This document shows, piece after piece, positions 8,690 through 18,198 of a stretch of 64,000 nt of DNA (positions are counted from its first letter, which is position 1; every line of letters begins with the position of its first letter). Origin of the DNA: an uncultured virus (IMG/VR IMGVR_UViG_3300046169_000098) (taxonomy: Duplodnaviria; Heunggongvirae; Uroviricota; Caudoviricetes). Made by a program: the position numbers and the translations under genes. The notes beneath the pieces were generated by a model, which was not told where the DNA came from, did not search any database, and saw only the letters and a program-made list of their open reading frames with translations. The stretch lies in the IMG/VR virus record IMGVR_UViG_3300046169_000098; one strand, given 5' to 3'.

Positions 8690-10534
8690 TTAGTCTTTCT
8701 TCACAAACTGTTCAAATGTCATAAATTTAGACTCTGCAACACCCATAGAAACCTCTAATTTTGTCCTTAATTCATCGTACATTCCGTGAATTGGCTTAGG
8801 TGTTAATTTCTTAAATAATTTCTCATCTCCATCTAACATAGCATTCCTGACTTGTGTTGCAGAAATATTCTTGCCAGATCTTGGAATTTCAAATAAACCA
8901 AAATCTTCTCTACAATTTAAAGATTCTCTGTATTCTGGTTTATCAACTTGATATGAGTATGTTTTTAATCTGTCTGTTCCTGTTCCCCAAAGTACTGGTT
9001 CATAACCATCGGCTCTCATTGCGTTAAACATATAATCTATTGCTGCTCTATCTAAAATATAAACTTTCTCAATTGGATATTTAGATTTTAGTTTATTAAG
9101 CATTGCTAATTGAGTTTCTTCGTCATATGGTCTTTTAAACGCATCTTCTGCTTTTTTGGTTTTTGACTTGATTAATAAAACAACAACAGGATGTCCGTTT
9201 TGTTTACTAATAGTATCTATAACCTTAGCATGTCCTAATGTAAAGGGTTGGAAACGACCAACAAACATGTTTACTGGTTTTTTGCCTTGATCAGGATACT
9301 TAACAGTTAAGCCTTCCATAATAGGGCTCACGTCTCCTGATAATTTTTGATTAATTAAATATCTTTTAAAATCCATGACGTCTTTTTCGTTTGTTTTACC
9401 CATTACAATAGTCTCTATTTCTTCAACTACTTCGTTGATCTGAGACAATAGATCTGAGTTAATAATATCTGTTTCTTTAGATCTTTTCTTTCTAAAAGAT
9501 CCTAATGTAATTTTAAAAAGCTCTGATAAGACCTTGTTTTGTATAAGAGATAACGTCTTTTCGTTAGACATAAATGCAGTATTTAGTTCGAAGTTTTCCC
9601 CTTCTGCAAAATCTGCTGAATCAAAATCTGCGCCTACGTACTTCGTAGCATGTTTCTCAACATATGCGTTAAATACAGAAGACATTAATTCAACATATCT
9701 AAGATCTGCATCTTCTTCTTTTAATTCTATATCTGATAAATCAAATGCTACTAAAAATTCTACTAAATCTAATATAGAGATTTGATACATGTCGGATGGT
9801 TTTCTAACCGGCAATTGTTCTCTATCAAATCTTTCTAATTTAAAACTTTTTGGATTTCTACCTTCATAAAAATTTACTACTAAGGCATCTATCTCTTTGT
9901 CTAAATTTAGGTTTAGTGCAGACTTGTTTCTACCATTGTCAAATATGCGATAAATGTCTCTAGTAAATGATCTGTCTTTGTACTTGATCTTAAATGCTTC
10001 TTCACCTAAAGACAATAAGTTTATCAATTCTTCTTTTTGATTAGATGCTAATTGTCCTTGGAACAAAAGAGGTAATTCTTGTACTTCTAATTTCTTTGCC
10101 CACTTATCTAAAACCTTAGGATCTCTAATAACTCTTTTAACTTTAGAAGGATCGCTAGGATTTAATACTTGAATATGTGTTAATATAAGATTGTTTTTTG
10201 GCAATAGATCATATTCAATGTCTATTGTCTTTTTGTCTATCATGTAGTCAAACCCAAACTTCCAATCAAGTGGCATATCATTTAATATTTCAGCTGAAAT
10301 TGTTTTAAAATGCTTTATACCATTTTCATAATACTTAACAAGCGTTCTATCAACTTTATTCATGGCAGTTTTGGAACCACTTTTAAAGAAATCAAATTCT
10401 CCAACATCAACTCTCTTTACATGAAAGCTTGAAGCTTGTACCTTTTCATGTACAACACAAATATTGTCTAATAACTTTTTAAAGTCATTAACGTTTGTAG
10501 ATTCAAAATATGTTTTTAGGTTTTGTAGTGCCAT
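8690..10534 (-). CDS. fusion of a degenerate RNA-ligase-like nucleotidyltransferase domain and a C-terminal HIGH-superfamily (NMNAT/cytidylyltransferase-like) domain
   Basis: C-terminal GRFQPFTLGH and ISATQVR motifs. N-terminal HEKVQASS, FGFDY, PLLFQGQL, IDALVV and FK line up with ligase motifs I/III/IV/V. Confidence 0.7.
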   Translation of the reverse strand: MALQNLKTYFESTNVNDFKKLLDNICVVHEKVQASSFHVKRVDVGEFDFFKSGSKTAMNKVDRTLVKYYENGIKHFKTISAEILNDMPLDWKFGFDYMIDKKTIDIEYDLLPKNNLILTHIQVLNPSDPSKVKRVIRDPKVLDKWAKKLEVQELPLLFQGQLASNQKEELINLLSLGEEAFKIKYKDRSFTRDIYRIFDNGRNKSALNLNLDKEIDALVVNFYEGRNPKSFKLERFDREQLPVRKPSDMYQISILDLVEFLVAFDLSDIELKEEDADLRYVELMSSVFNAYVEKHATKYVGADFDSADFAEGENFELNTAFMSNEKTLSLIQNKVLSELFKITLGSFRKKRSKETDIINSDLLSQINEVVEEIETIVMGKTNEKDVMDFKRYLINQKLSGDVSPIMEGLTVKYPDQGKKPVNMFVGRFQPFTLGHAKVIDTISKQNGHPVVVLLIKSKTKKAEDAFKRPYDEETQLAMLNKLKSKYPIEKVYILDRAAIDYMFNAMRADGYEPVLWGTGTDRLKTYSYQVDKPEYRESLNCREDFGLFEIPRSGKNISATQVRNAMLDGDEKLFKKLTPKPIHGMYDELRTKLEVSMGVAESKFMTFEQFVKKD

Positions 10535-10546
10535 ATTATTTTTGTT

Positions 10547-11818
10547 TTATCTGCCGTATTTAATAATACCCATTAATTGGTTAATAGCAGCAAAAGTACC
10601 AGTTAGTTTATATGTATGTCCTTTGTATTTGAAAACCAAGCCTTCGGTAGGTATAATAGATTCTATTCCACCGATTCTTTCTAATCTTGCAAGCTCAGCT
10701 TCTACTTTTTTAATTTGATCAATTCCACCTGATTTTTTAATCTTAGCAGCTTCAGTTCTAATTTGATTATGCAACCTTTGCATCTCTTGATCTGGAGAAG
10801 CAGCAACAAAATTTGATGCATTTTTAAGAATTATAGATCCTAATTCTAAGAATAGATCTTCGAATGGTCTAATGTTTTCTTTATATTTCTTCTTAACGTC
10901 TTCTTTGTCAAACTTCTTAATTAACGATGCCTTATCTTTACCAAGCTCTTTGTCTAATGATCTTAAATTTAAAGTCTTCTTATCTCCATACGCCCATCTT
11001 AATAATAAACCCTCTTTGTGGTTTTGCTCTAAATCAGGGAAATTTGCATCTATAGTTTCTCTCCACCACATTTCGTGATACCTAGAAACTTCGTCAGCAT
11101 CTGTTAAATTATAACGATCTCTTAATGCTTCTACTTGTTTAATGAATTTTGCTTTGTTTGCCTCGAAGTCAATATCTTTAGCTATCTTTAATACTTGAGG
11201 TGGAATTATAGTAAATGTTTTTTGTACATCTTTCTTTAATTCTTTTAATGCCCCTACTAGTTCTGTTGCTAAATTTTGAGTTCCTGTTTGATTTCCTTCA
11301 CCGTCAGTTTCAACTATGTTGTGAAATTGGATAACATCTCTGTCGTAATATATTACGTTAGGGTTTTTAGAATAGATTAATTCCATGTTAACGAAATTTA
11401 ATCCGTTTGCAAACATTGATTGATCCTTAAGTTTTGGTAAAGCATCAGCTAAATCTTTTGCTGCGAAAATATATGTTTCTTCTACTAATTTAGACGCGTG
11501 ACCAGTAAACATCTTAATGATACCGTTTAGGTCTATCGGATTTTTCATTTGACCCTTATTTCTAGCAAATAGTGTTTCACCATCTTTAACGGTTGCAAAT
11601 AGGTTTTGACCATCTGTTTTTTCAGTAGGATCTTCTTCAAAGTTAAGTTCTCCGCTTAATCCAGATTCTATAAGCTTTTTAAAATCACCAAAGGTTAGCG
11701 ACTTGTTGTCAAATGGGTGTGACATGTGGCCGGCTGCTCCACCTTCTAATATTAAATTAGATTCATTAAAGTGAATGCGCTCTGTTAAAAAGGTGTTGAA
11801 ATTAGTATAAATCTTCAT
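10547..11818 (-). CDS. RNA-ligase-fold nucleotidyltransferase-like protein (DUF6267-like)
   Basis: EGGAAGHMSHPFD, TEKTDGQN (motif I KxDG), NMELI, EGLVF (motif IV) and YKLTG (motif V). Confidence 0.7.
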   Translation of the reverse strand: MKIYTNFNTFLTERIHFNESNLILEGGAAGHMSHPFDNKSLTFGDFKKLIESGLSGELNFEEDPTEKTDGQNLFATVKDGETLFARNKGQMKNPIDLNGIIKMFTGHASKLVEETYIFAAKDLADALPKLKDQSMFANGLNFVNMELIYSKNPNVIYYDRDVIQFHNIVETDGEGNQTGTQNLATELVGALKELKKDVQKTFTIIPPQVLKIAKDIDFEANKAKFIKQVEALRDRYNLTDADEVSRYHEMWWRETIDANFPDLEQNHKEGLLLRWAYGDKKTLNLRSLDKELGKDKASLIKKFDKEDVKKKYKENIRPFEDLFLELGSIILKNASNFVAASPDQEMQRLHNQIRTEAAKIKKSGGIDQIKKVEAELARLERIGGIESIIPTEGLVFKYKGHTYKLTGTFAAINQLMGIIKYGR

Positions 11819-11830
11819 ATCGTTTAAAGT

Positions 11831-11856
11831 AAAAAATAGAGAGTGTTACCCTCTAG
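11831..11856 (-). terminator. hairpin plus T-run (possible terminator or 5' leader stem)
   Basis: Minus strand TAGAGGG-TAACA-CTCTCTA-TTTTTT; lies immediately after an AATATATA motif, so its role is ambiguous. Confidence 0.5.
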
Positions 11857-11870
11857 TTTATATATTGTTT

Positions 11871-13586
11871 TTACCCCAGTGACGATTTCAATGCACCAAC
11901 CATAGCACCGTAATCTCCCGAGTTTTTAGAAATTAAACCATCTACAACTTCTTGAGCCTTAGCTTCATCAAAATCATCGCCGAATGCCTTTTGTAATACT
12001 GAGAATGCATACTCTTTAAATTCTTCGTCTGAAGTTACTTCAGCTTCGTTTAAAGCTTTAACTTTAATTTTAAAAGTTTCGTTAGATTCTTCAATATATT
12101 CTCCTAATTCTGGGTCACCCCAACCATCATCAGATGCTAATACTGATTGTAGATCTTCTCTTGAACCTGTTAATTCAACTTCTGGCCATCCGCTCGGTCC
12201 GTTATTATCAATGATCTCCATTGTAACTTTATGTTTCTTAAGTAATTTTTTTAATACTTTAGATCCAGGATCTGTTGCATCCATAACAACCGAAGCTTCT
12301 AATACACCTTCTGCATACTTAATGGTTTCAAACATTCTAAATTCAAAGTTGTCTTTTATTTCACCTTCAAAGAAAGAGTTAAATCTATCTAGTAAATCTT
12401 GTCCCATTTTAGCAAAGCCACACTGCTCTAAGAATAATGCAGTTCCTTCTGCAATACCTTGACCTGACCATCCAGCTGCATTTGAAATTCTAGAATATTC
12501 TTGTTCTAATGCATCTTTAATTCTTGTTGATCCAATGTTTACTGACATTTTGCCTAAACCATCAACTATTACTGGAATAGATCCTATATTACCTTTAATA
12601 GCACCTGCACATTTTTCTCTTTCTCTATGGAAATTAGCATCTTCCATTGAATCTAAGAATAATTTTTTAATTGCACCTAATAAAGTTTTCTTATCGTTAG
12701 ATGCACCAATTGCATTTAATTTAGAGAATAAAATTTTATTGTATTGAGTTACTACTTTTTTAGCATCTCTCTTACCTTCTACTTTAATAGCTTCATTAAC
12801 TACTGATTCATTACACATTGAAAATAATTCTTGTGCAATCTTTTTTGCTTTAGAACCTTTATGTCCATAAGATTCAACTGTATCTAAAGCATCTTCCATT
12901 TCCATGCCATGTAATTCTCCCATGTCTCCTCCTCTTTCATCTAAAAGATCCTGTAAGATATTTTCAGCTTCTGATTCATTAACTACTGATTCAAATGCTG
13001 GTTTTAAATCTTTATCACCTGCATAAATATCAGCCATTAACCACTTTCCTGATTTTTCATCAAAAAGGTAAATAAATTCTGCACCGGCTTTATCGCCTGC
13101 AGTTGAGATATATCTGTCAATGTTTTTAACATTACCTTTCATATTATCTGTATCGCCATAGTAGTTCATTCCGCTTGGATCAGATTCTAAACCTGAATTA
13201 TCTCCGTTTTTAAGAACCATGTTTAGTGGTGAACCACCTTTTAAATATGTTTTCTTGATAAGCGGTAACATGTTTTCTGGATAAGAATCATAGTGAGTAT
13301 ATACTGATTCAATATTACCTCTTTTGTCGATTCTACCAAATTGACCTCTAGTTCCCTCAGCAATTAAAAATGCCTCGTTTACTTCGATGCCTTTTAGTTT
13401 TGAAAAGAATTCTGGTTTTTGTTCTTCAGATAACTCTTTAATAGAAGTAACATTAAATTCTGATAGTAGCGCCTTAAAATTGCTAGCTTCAACTTCTCTT
13501 TTTGCGTTTTGCTCTTCTTGTAGTTGAGCTTTTTCGTTTTCGGTTTTGACCTTAGCAAATTGCTCAAATGATTTTAGTTTTTCCAT
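11871..13586 (-). CDS. multi-domain probable internal head protein, 571 aa
   Basis: N-terminal MEKLKSFEQF; repeated VNE/LNE/CNES linkers; contains a Y.HYD.YP domain common in phage proteins. Confidence 0.6.
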   Translation of the reverse strand: MEKLKSFEQFAKVKTENEKAQLQEEQNAKREVEASNFKALLSEFNVTSIKELSEEQKPEFFSKLKGIEVNEAFLIAEGTRGQFGRIDKRGNIESVYTHYDSYPENMLPLIKKTYLKGGSPLNMVLKNGDNSGLESDPSGMNYYGDTDNMKGNVKNIDRYISTAGDKAGAEFIYLFDEKSGKWLMADIYAGDKDLKPAFESVVNESEAENILQDLLDERGGDMGELHGMEMEDALDTVESYGHKGSKAKKIAQELFSMCNESVVNEAIKVEGKRDAKKVVTQYNKILFSKLNAIGASNDKKTLLGAIKKLFLDSMEDANFHREREKCAGAIKGNIGSIPVIVDGLGKMSVNIGSTRIKDALEQEYSRISNAAGWSGQGIAEGTALFLEQCGFAKMGQDLLDRFNSFFEGEIKDNFEFRMFETIKYAEGVLEASVVMDATDPGSKVLKKLLKKHKVTMEIIDNNGPSGWPEVELTGSREDLQSVLASDDGWGDPELGEYIEESNETFKIKVKALNEAEVTSDEEFKEYAFSVLQKAFGDDFDEAKAQEVVDGLISKNSGDYGAMVGALKSSLG

Positions 13587-13619
13587 TATGATTTTATTTG
13601 TTTCATTATGATTATTTTA

Positions 13620-15128
13620 TTATATATCTCCTTCAAATGATACATTTTTTATATCGTATTTAAACTTCTGTTCTTTATAGATCTTTTGGCGTGCTTTAGC
13701 ATGACGAATAAGGTAATTATCCCAGTCGGGTGATGATAAATCATCTACAAAATCTATTATGTTTACACTGTCCTTTGACTTATGTTGTCTTAATCCTCTA
13801 CCAATAGATTGTCTAATTATAACTTCCGATTTAAACGATTCTGTAAAGAAGATGTTATGTATTTTCTTAATCGAGATTCCTGTTGAAAACGTACCATAAG
13901 ATGCAACGATAACCACTTCTTCGTTTGCTTCCATTTTCTTTTTATATTCTTCTCTAATATCTTTATCAGTTCCACCATCGACATAGTATATGGTCTTATC
14001 ACTTTCTTGCCTAAGTTTAGCATATATCTTTTTACCGTGCTCAATACGGTGAAAAAGGACAAGACTATTACCGCGTACTCTGGAAATAATGTTAGTAACG
14101 AAGTTGAGACGGCCCTCTGAATTAATAATATAGTTTTGTTCAAATTTAAAAACATCTTTACTTTCATATCTGTTTTGTGACATTTCTCTAAATGCGTCCT
14201 TTGCTGATTGAGGTGCATAATCCATCTTAATTACCTTAACTTTACATTTTGCAATATGTCCTTCGTTTTGTAGGAAATTTGCAGAAACCTCAGTGATCAA
14301 CGGACCAGTGTATGCCATTAGTGTAAGTCTATCTATTGTGCCTGCCTTCGGAATAGTTCCTGATAGCCCATACCTGTATTTGGCATTTACGCACTTTTGT
14401 AGTATAGTTTTAATGGATGTAGATTTAGCCTTATGTGTTTCATCAATAATCACAGCGTCAAATTGTTCAAAGTACTCTTTATTCTTTTTTACTAGTGATT
14501 GATATGTGCCTATTACTACATTTCTACCTGGTCTTATTTTCTGGCCACTGTATATTTGTTGTACTTTTATATCTACTGAGTTTCTGTAGTTATAGTCTAA
14601 GAAATCTTCACTCGCTTGTACCACCAATGAAACATTAGGTACAATAAAAAGTATCTTTTCTGATTTCTTTTTTTCTAGCTGATATGCTACTGTTAAAAAT
14701 GAAATTAGAGTTTTACCCGCAGATGTTGCAAGTTCAGAGAGGCACTTTCTGAATTTAAGAATATTGAATGCTGCTTCTATTTGATAATCCCTAGGTGTAA
14801 TTTCTGATTTTTCGAAGAACTTTAATGCCCATTCTGTAAACTCTTCCTGGTTAATAGTGGTGTCAAATAAGACTGTTATTCCATTTAGTTTAAGTTCATA
14901 TCCGTAATCTTTACAGATAGTCATAACTTCTCTCCAGAGTCCGGAAGGAATCCATTTGTCATCTTTAATATAAGATATGTAGCCGTCCCATAATCCCTTC
15001 TTAACTAGTGGATTAAATCGCCATGACTCAATTCTCTTGTTAAGAGAGATGTTTAATTGTTCCAACTCCATTTCAGTTGCATCGTCAATTCTAAGCAACT
15101 GTTCATTTTCTGTTAAACTAAGCTCCAC
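13620..15128 (-). CDS. uvsW: UvsW-like superfamily 2 DNA helicase
   Basis: PRDYQ, LATSAGKT (Walker A), IIDETH, GLSGT, TFSTGISI and RQSIGRGLR motifs; WDG.I N-terminal motif; next to UvsY. Confidence 0.92.
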   Translation of the reverse strand: MELSLTENEQLLRIDDATEMELEQLNISLNKRIESWRFNPLVKKGLWDGYISYIKDDKWIPSGLWREVMTICKDYGYELKLNGITVLFDTTINQEEFTEWALKFFEKSEITPRDYQIEAAFNILKFRKCLSELATSAGKTLISFLTVAYQLEKKKSEKILFIVPNVSLVVQASEDFLDYNYRNSVDIKVQQIYSGQKIRPGRNVVIGTYQSLVKKNKEYFEQFDAVIIDETHKAKSTSIKTILQKCVNAKYRYGLSGTIPKAGTIDRLTLMAYTGPLITEVSANFLQNEGHIAKCKVKVIKMDYAPQSAKDAFREMSQNRYESKDVFKFEQNYIINSEGRLNFVTNIISRVRGNSLVLFHRIEHGKKIYAKLRQESDKTIYYVDGGTDKDIREEYKKKMEANEEVVIVASYGTFSTGISIKKIHNIFFTESFKSEVIIRQSIGRGLRQHKSKDSVNIIDFVDDLSSPDWDNYLIRHAKARQKIYKEQKFKYDIKNVSFEGDI

Positions 15129-15152
15129 ATTTAATGGGCTTTTTTATTTTAG

Positions 15153-15575
15153 TTACAGGTCTTTAATTGCCAACCTGTTTCTAACGGCAAATCCCATATT
15201 ATCTAGGGTCTTTACCGATTCTTTCATAAAATCTAATTGATTTTCTAAAAGAGATAATTTTGTGTGCTCTTGCACTAGATCGTTTTCTATAAAACGCTCT
15301 TTTTGTTTTTCACCAAGTTTGTAATCATATTCGTAATATCTTAAATATGCTTCTTTCCACCTGGAATTTATATTGTTTTTTTGTTCTTTAATTTTAGTAT
15401 TTAAATATGCAATCTGTTCTACCATGGTTTGTCTAGTTGACAATATACCCGATATAGTTTCTTCCATTGCATTAATAGATCTTAGAGATCTAGCAAGATC
15501 TTTAATATTTTGTGACCAACTAGCCCTTTGAGAACTTAACTTTTCGTCTAATGCTAATATTTTTTCTTTACTCAT
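15153..15575 (-). CDS. uvsY: UvsY-like recombination mediator
   Basis: Helical 140 aa with C-terminal LDFMKESVKTLDNMGFAVRNRL; syntenic with UvsW. Confidence 0.65.
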   Translation of the reverse strand: MSKEKILALDEKLSSQRASWSQNIKDLARSLRSINAMEETISGILSTRQTMVEQIAYLNTKIKEQKNNINSRWKEAYLRYYEYDYKLGEKQKERFIENDLVQEHTKLSLLENQLDFMKESVKTLDNMGFAVRNRLAIKDL

Positions 15576-15803
15576 TTAAAATAGTGATTTTTTGTTGGGA
15601 TTAGACTTAATGTGTTTAGAAGTGGTTTGTCTCTTCTTAAATTTAGGTTTACTAAATTCCATGTCAGGTGTTTCTGGCTCATCAGGAATTTCTGCTTCGT
15701 TAAAATCAACTAGCAATTTAAACCCCTTAAAGCGGTCTCTGTCATTATAAAAATCTTCTAGGTTATTATCAACCATATTTGTAATTTCTTCTAAATGTAC
15801 CAT
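15576..15803 (-). CDS. hypothetical protein
   Basis: 75-aa ORF packed between primase and UvsY. Confidence 0.55.
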   Translation of the reverse strand: MVHLEEITNMVDNNLEDFYNDRDRFKGFKLLVDFNEAEIPDEPETPDMEFSKPKFKKRQTTSKHIKSNPNKKSLF

Positions 15804-16870
15804 AGATCTAATTGACTTGATGTAAAATAATTATTAATGTTTTTAAATGCGTCAGACTTTATTTCAAAACATTTAATCATCAAATCATTAAGATCTTTGA
15901 TATTATATGTATCTAAATTACTGTCCTTTAGAAATTTAGACCACATAAATACGGGTCTGCCTTTCTTTAGTTTTTCTATCATTTTTTTCTTACCTGTTTC
16001 GTCATTGTCGAACATATATCTTACAGTTTCTATTTCATCAAATTCATCTGTAGATCTTCCAGCGGTAGCTAATGCCAGTGAGTTTGACATAAACTTAGCA
16101 TCTAGTGGTCCTTCGAACAATGTAACTGGCCTTTGAAATGTAACTTTCATAATGCCAAACAGTGTAGAAATCTTTGCAAGCTGATTAGATTCTGATTCAC
16201 TTATCTGAAGAGGCTGACCCATTTCTTCATATAGCTTTGGTAAATCATATGAAAGGTATCTTTGCCCATATCCTTTCATCCTTCTTGTTTGAGCGCCAAT
16301 GATTTTATTATCTGTACTAAGATTTAAAATCCAAAGGCGATGTTCTTTTGCTGAATATAAAAATTCATCTAATTTTTTATGCAACAATCTATCTTTAAGC
16401 TGAAACCATATCCAATCACCCGGTTCAATTGACTTAGCTTTAAACTTAGCTTTAAATGTATCAATGTCTATTGCGTGTTTTTGTATATCTTCAAACAGGG
16501 TAGGTTTTAATACATTCTCTGTACGCACCTGTAATTTGTTCTGTTGAATATAGTCAATTACTGTAAAAGAATCTCCACTTTTACTCAAGCGAATATCATG
16601 ATCTTTTAAAAAGGTGTGTAAATTAGTATGATGGCCACAGTTATAGCAGTGATATTGTAGTGTATCCCAAAATAAATTACCACGTTTTGCAGTATCATCT
16701 TTGTGGGAATCACCACAATAAGGGCATGCTAAGGTTATTCGCCCATGCATGCCCTTTAGTGATTGCTTATTAGGATTTGTATGTGATTGAGTAGTTACTT
16801 GTATAAGTGCGTACTCTATCCTTTCCTTAAGCTCTTGTGTAAGCTCTATGTTATTAGATGTCGAGGTCAT
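15791..16870 (-). CDS. DNA primase (T4 gp61-like)
   Basis: Zn ribbon CPYCGDS...CYNCG; TOPRIM EGPLDA, FDND and KDLND. Confidence 0.92.
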   Translation of the reverse strand: MTSTSNNIELTQELKERIEYALIQVTTQSHTNPNKQSLKGMHGRITLACPYCGDSHKDDTAKRGNLFWDTLQYHCYNCGHHTNLHTFLKDHDIRLSKSGDSFTVIDYIQQNKLQVRTENVLKPTLFEDIQKHAIDIDTFKAKFKAKSIEPGDWIWFQLKDRLLHKKLDEFLYSAKEHRLWILNLSTDNKIIGAQTRRMKGYGQRYLSYDLPKLYEEMGQPLQISESESNQLAKISTLFGIMKVTFQRPVTLFEGPLDAKFMSNSLALATAGRSTDEFDEIETVRYMFDNDETGKKKMIEKLKKGRPVFMWSKFLKDSNLDTYNIKDLNDLMIKCFEIKSDAFKNINNYFTSSQLDLWYI

Positions 16871-17795
16871 TCAAGAAAGAATCAAGATCATCATCTGTAG
16901 AAACAGCTGAAGTTGGAGATTCTGTCGTTGAAGTTGTCGCGACTGGAGCTGCAGCTTCAACTACAGTTGTTGCCGTAGTGTTATTAGAAGTAGTAGCTTT
17001 TTTAGGAGTAGACTTAGCACTGCTTGTTACTGCTGAAATAGAATCACCAGGGTTTAAGTACATGCGAAGTACATCGTTTACAAAAGCTCTAGTGTCTTCG
17101 TCCCATGCCTTATAGTCATAGTTTACAAGAGATGGAGCGTTTTCTAGCTCAGCCTTAATTGCCGTCATAGTTTCTTTAGTTCTTTCTGCTGGAGCATCGC
17201 CCATTAGAATAGCAGAAGTACTTGCAGAAAACTTAGACTTATCATAGTTATTGTACTCACCTTGACGAGTAATGATCAATTCGAAGTTCTTACCTTCAAA
17301 CAAGTCAAACACTTGTGTTGGCTCACCAAAATCTGGCTTCAATTCTGCATCGATCTTTTCTTTGATCTTGTAACCGAATTTGAAGATTTTGTAAGTACCT
17401 TCTAGTTCAGGATTTTGTGGATCCTTAATAATTTTAATTAGAGAATAGTACTGTTGACGTCTTTTTAGTTTCTCTGATGACTTGCGATCTACTGCTGAAT
17501 CTGATTTTCTCAGTTTCCAGAATACATCTGCAATTGGGCATTTTTCACCGATTGAAGATGGTGAATCTACCAATTTACCGTCACCACTAGAGTTTGTTAG
17601 CCAGTGTACGTATTTTTGAATTAGAGAATTTCTTGGATTCTCTGGATTTGGAACGAAGCGGATTAGTGCTTTATAAGTTCCGTCTTTGCCGTCATCGGCT
17701 GTTGGTTTGTAAACTTCGTTTACTGTTGTTCTTTCGGGCTGATGCGTTTCTACGTCTTCTACGCCCAAGTTAAAAATGTCAAATGATTCGCTCAT
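16854..17795 (-). CDS. single-stranded DNA-binding protein (T4 gp32-like)
   Basis: YKP..D..G...A.IRF.P, CPI, Y...KIFKFG.KI..KI, FDL.EG.NF, YNNYDKSKF; acidic tail DDDLDSFLNDLDI. Confidence 0.92.
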   Translation of the reverse strand: MSESFDIFNLGVEDVETHQPERTTVNEVYKPTADDGKDGTYKALIRFVPNPENPRNSLIQKYVHWLTNSSGDGKLVDSPSSIGEKCPIADVFWKLRKSDSAVDRKSSEKLKRRQQYYSLIKIIKDPQNPELEGTYKIFKFGYKIKEKIDAELKPDFGEPTQVFDLFEGKNFELIITRQGEYNNYDKSKFSASTSAILMGDAPAERTKETMTAIKAELENAPSLVNYDYKAWDEDTRAFVNDVLRMYLNPGDSISAVTSSAKSTPKKATTSNNTTATTVVEAAAPVATTSTTESPTSAVSTDDDLDSFLNDLDI

Positions 17796-17856
17796 AATAC
17801 CTTTAAATTGTTTAATTGTTTAATACTTGAAATTACTTTAATGTTCTTTCGTTACC

Positions 17857-17884
17857 TTATAATGTATAAATAAAAAATGTTTCA
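17857..17884 (-). promoter_or_regulatory. putative promoter TGAAAC-N17-TATAA for gp32
   Basis: Minus strand TGAAAC ATTTTTTATTTATACAT TATAA. Confidence 0.55.
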
Positions 17885-18052
17885 ACTAAATTTTAAAACT
17901 GCTCCACTTGGTTCCTTCCATCTATTGTTCTCTAACTTAATCAGTCCTGACTTGTTGAGTAACTCTGACGCTTCCTTTTCAGTAAGCTGGTTCGCTGCAA
18001 CCATTTTATTGAGAATCTCCACTAGACGAAGGTAGTCTACAGTAATTAACAT
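17882..18052 (-). CDS. small hypothetical protein, 56 aa (MLITVDYLRLVEILNKMVAANQLTEKEASELL...)
   Basis: Hand-translated; downstream of a promoter motif at 18081-18108. Confidence 0.65.
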   Translation of the reverse strand: MLITVDYLRLVEILNKMVAANQLTEKEASELLNKSGLIKLENNRWKEPSGAVLKFS

Positions 18053-18080
18053 GTAATTTCTACTTTAATTATTATACTTA

Positions 18081-18108
18081 TTATATATCTTAGTTCTCTA
18101 TTGTTTCA
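18081..18108 (-). promoter_or_regulatory. putative composite promoter (TGAAAC-N17-TATAA overlapping GATATATA)
   Basis: Minus strand TGAAACAATAGAGAACTAAGATATATAA. Confidence 0.55.
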
Positions 18109-18141
18109 TGGAGACTAAATTAAAAATTTATTTCAAAAAAA

Positions 18142-18170
18142 TGAAACAGTTTTTCTACACGTGCATATAA
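18142..18170 (+). promoter_or_regulatory. putative plus-strand promoter TGAAAC-N18-TATAA, antisense to the RuvC-like gene
   Basis: Plus strand TGAAAC AGTTTTTCTACACGTGCA TATAA; divergent from 18081-18108. Confidence 0.45.
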
Positions 18171-18198
18171 CAAATGTTATTTAAGTCTGGAGGAAAGA

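Noticed and set aside
13817..14218. 133-aa alternate-frame ORF inside uvsW (likewise 37463..37792, 2098..2280, 33469..33666)
   Set aside because: Same-strand off-frame ORFs within intact genes, with no motifs or start signals.
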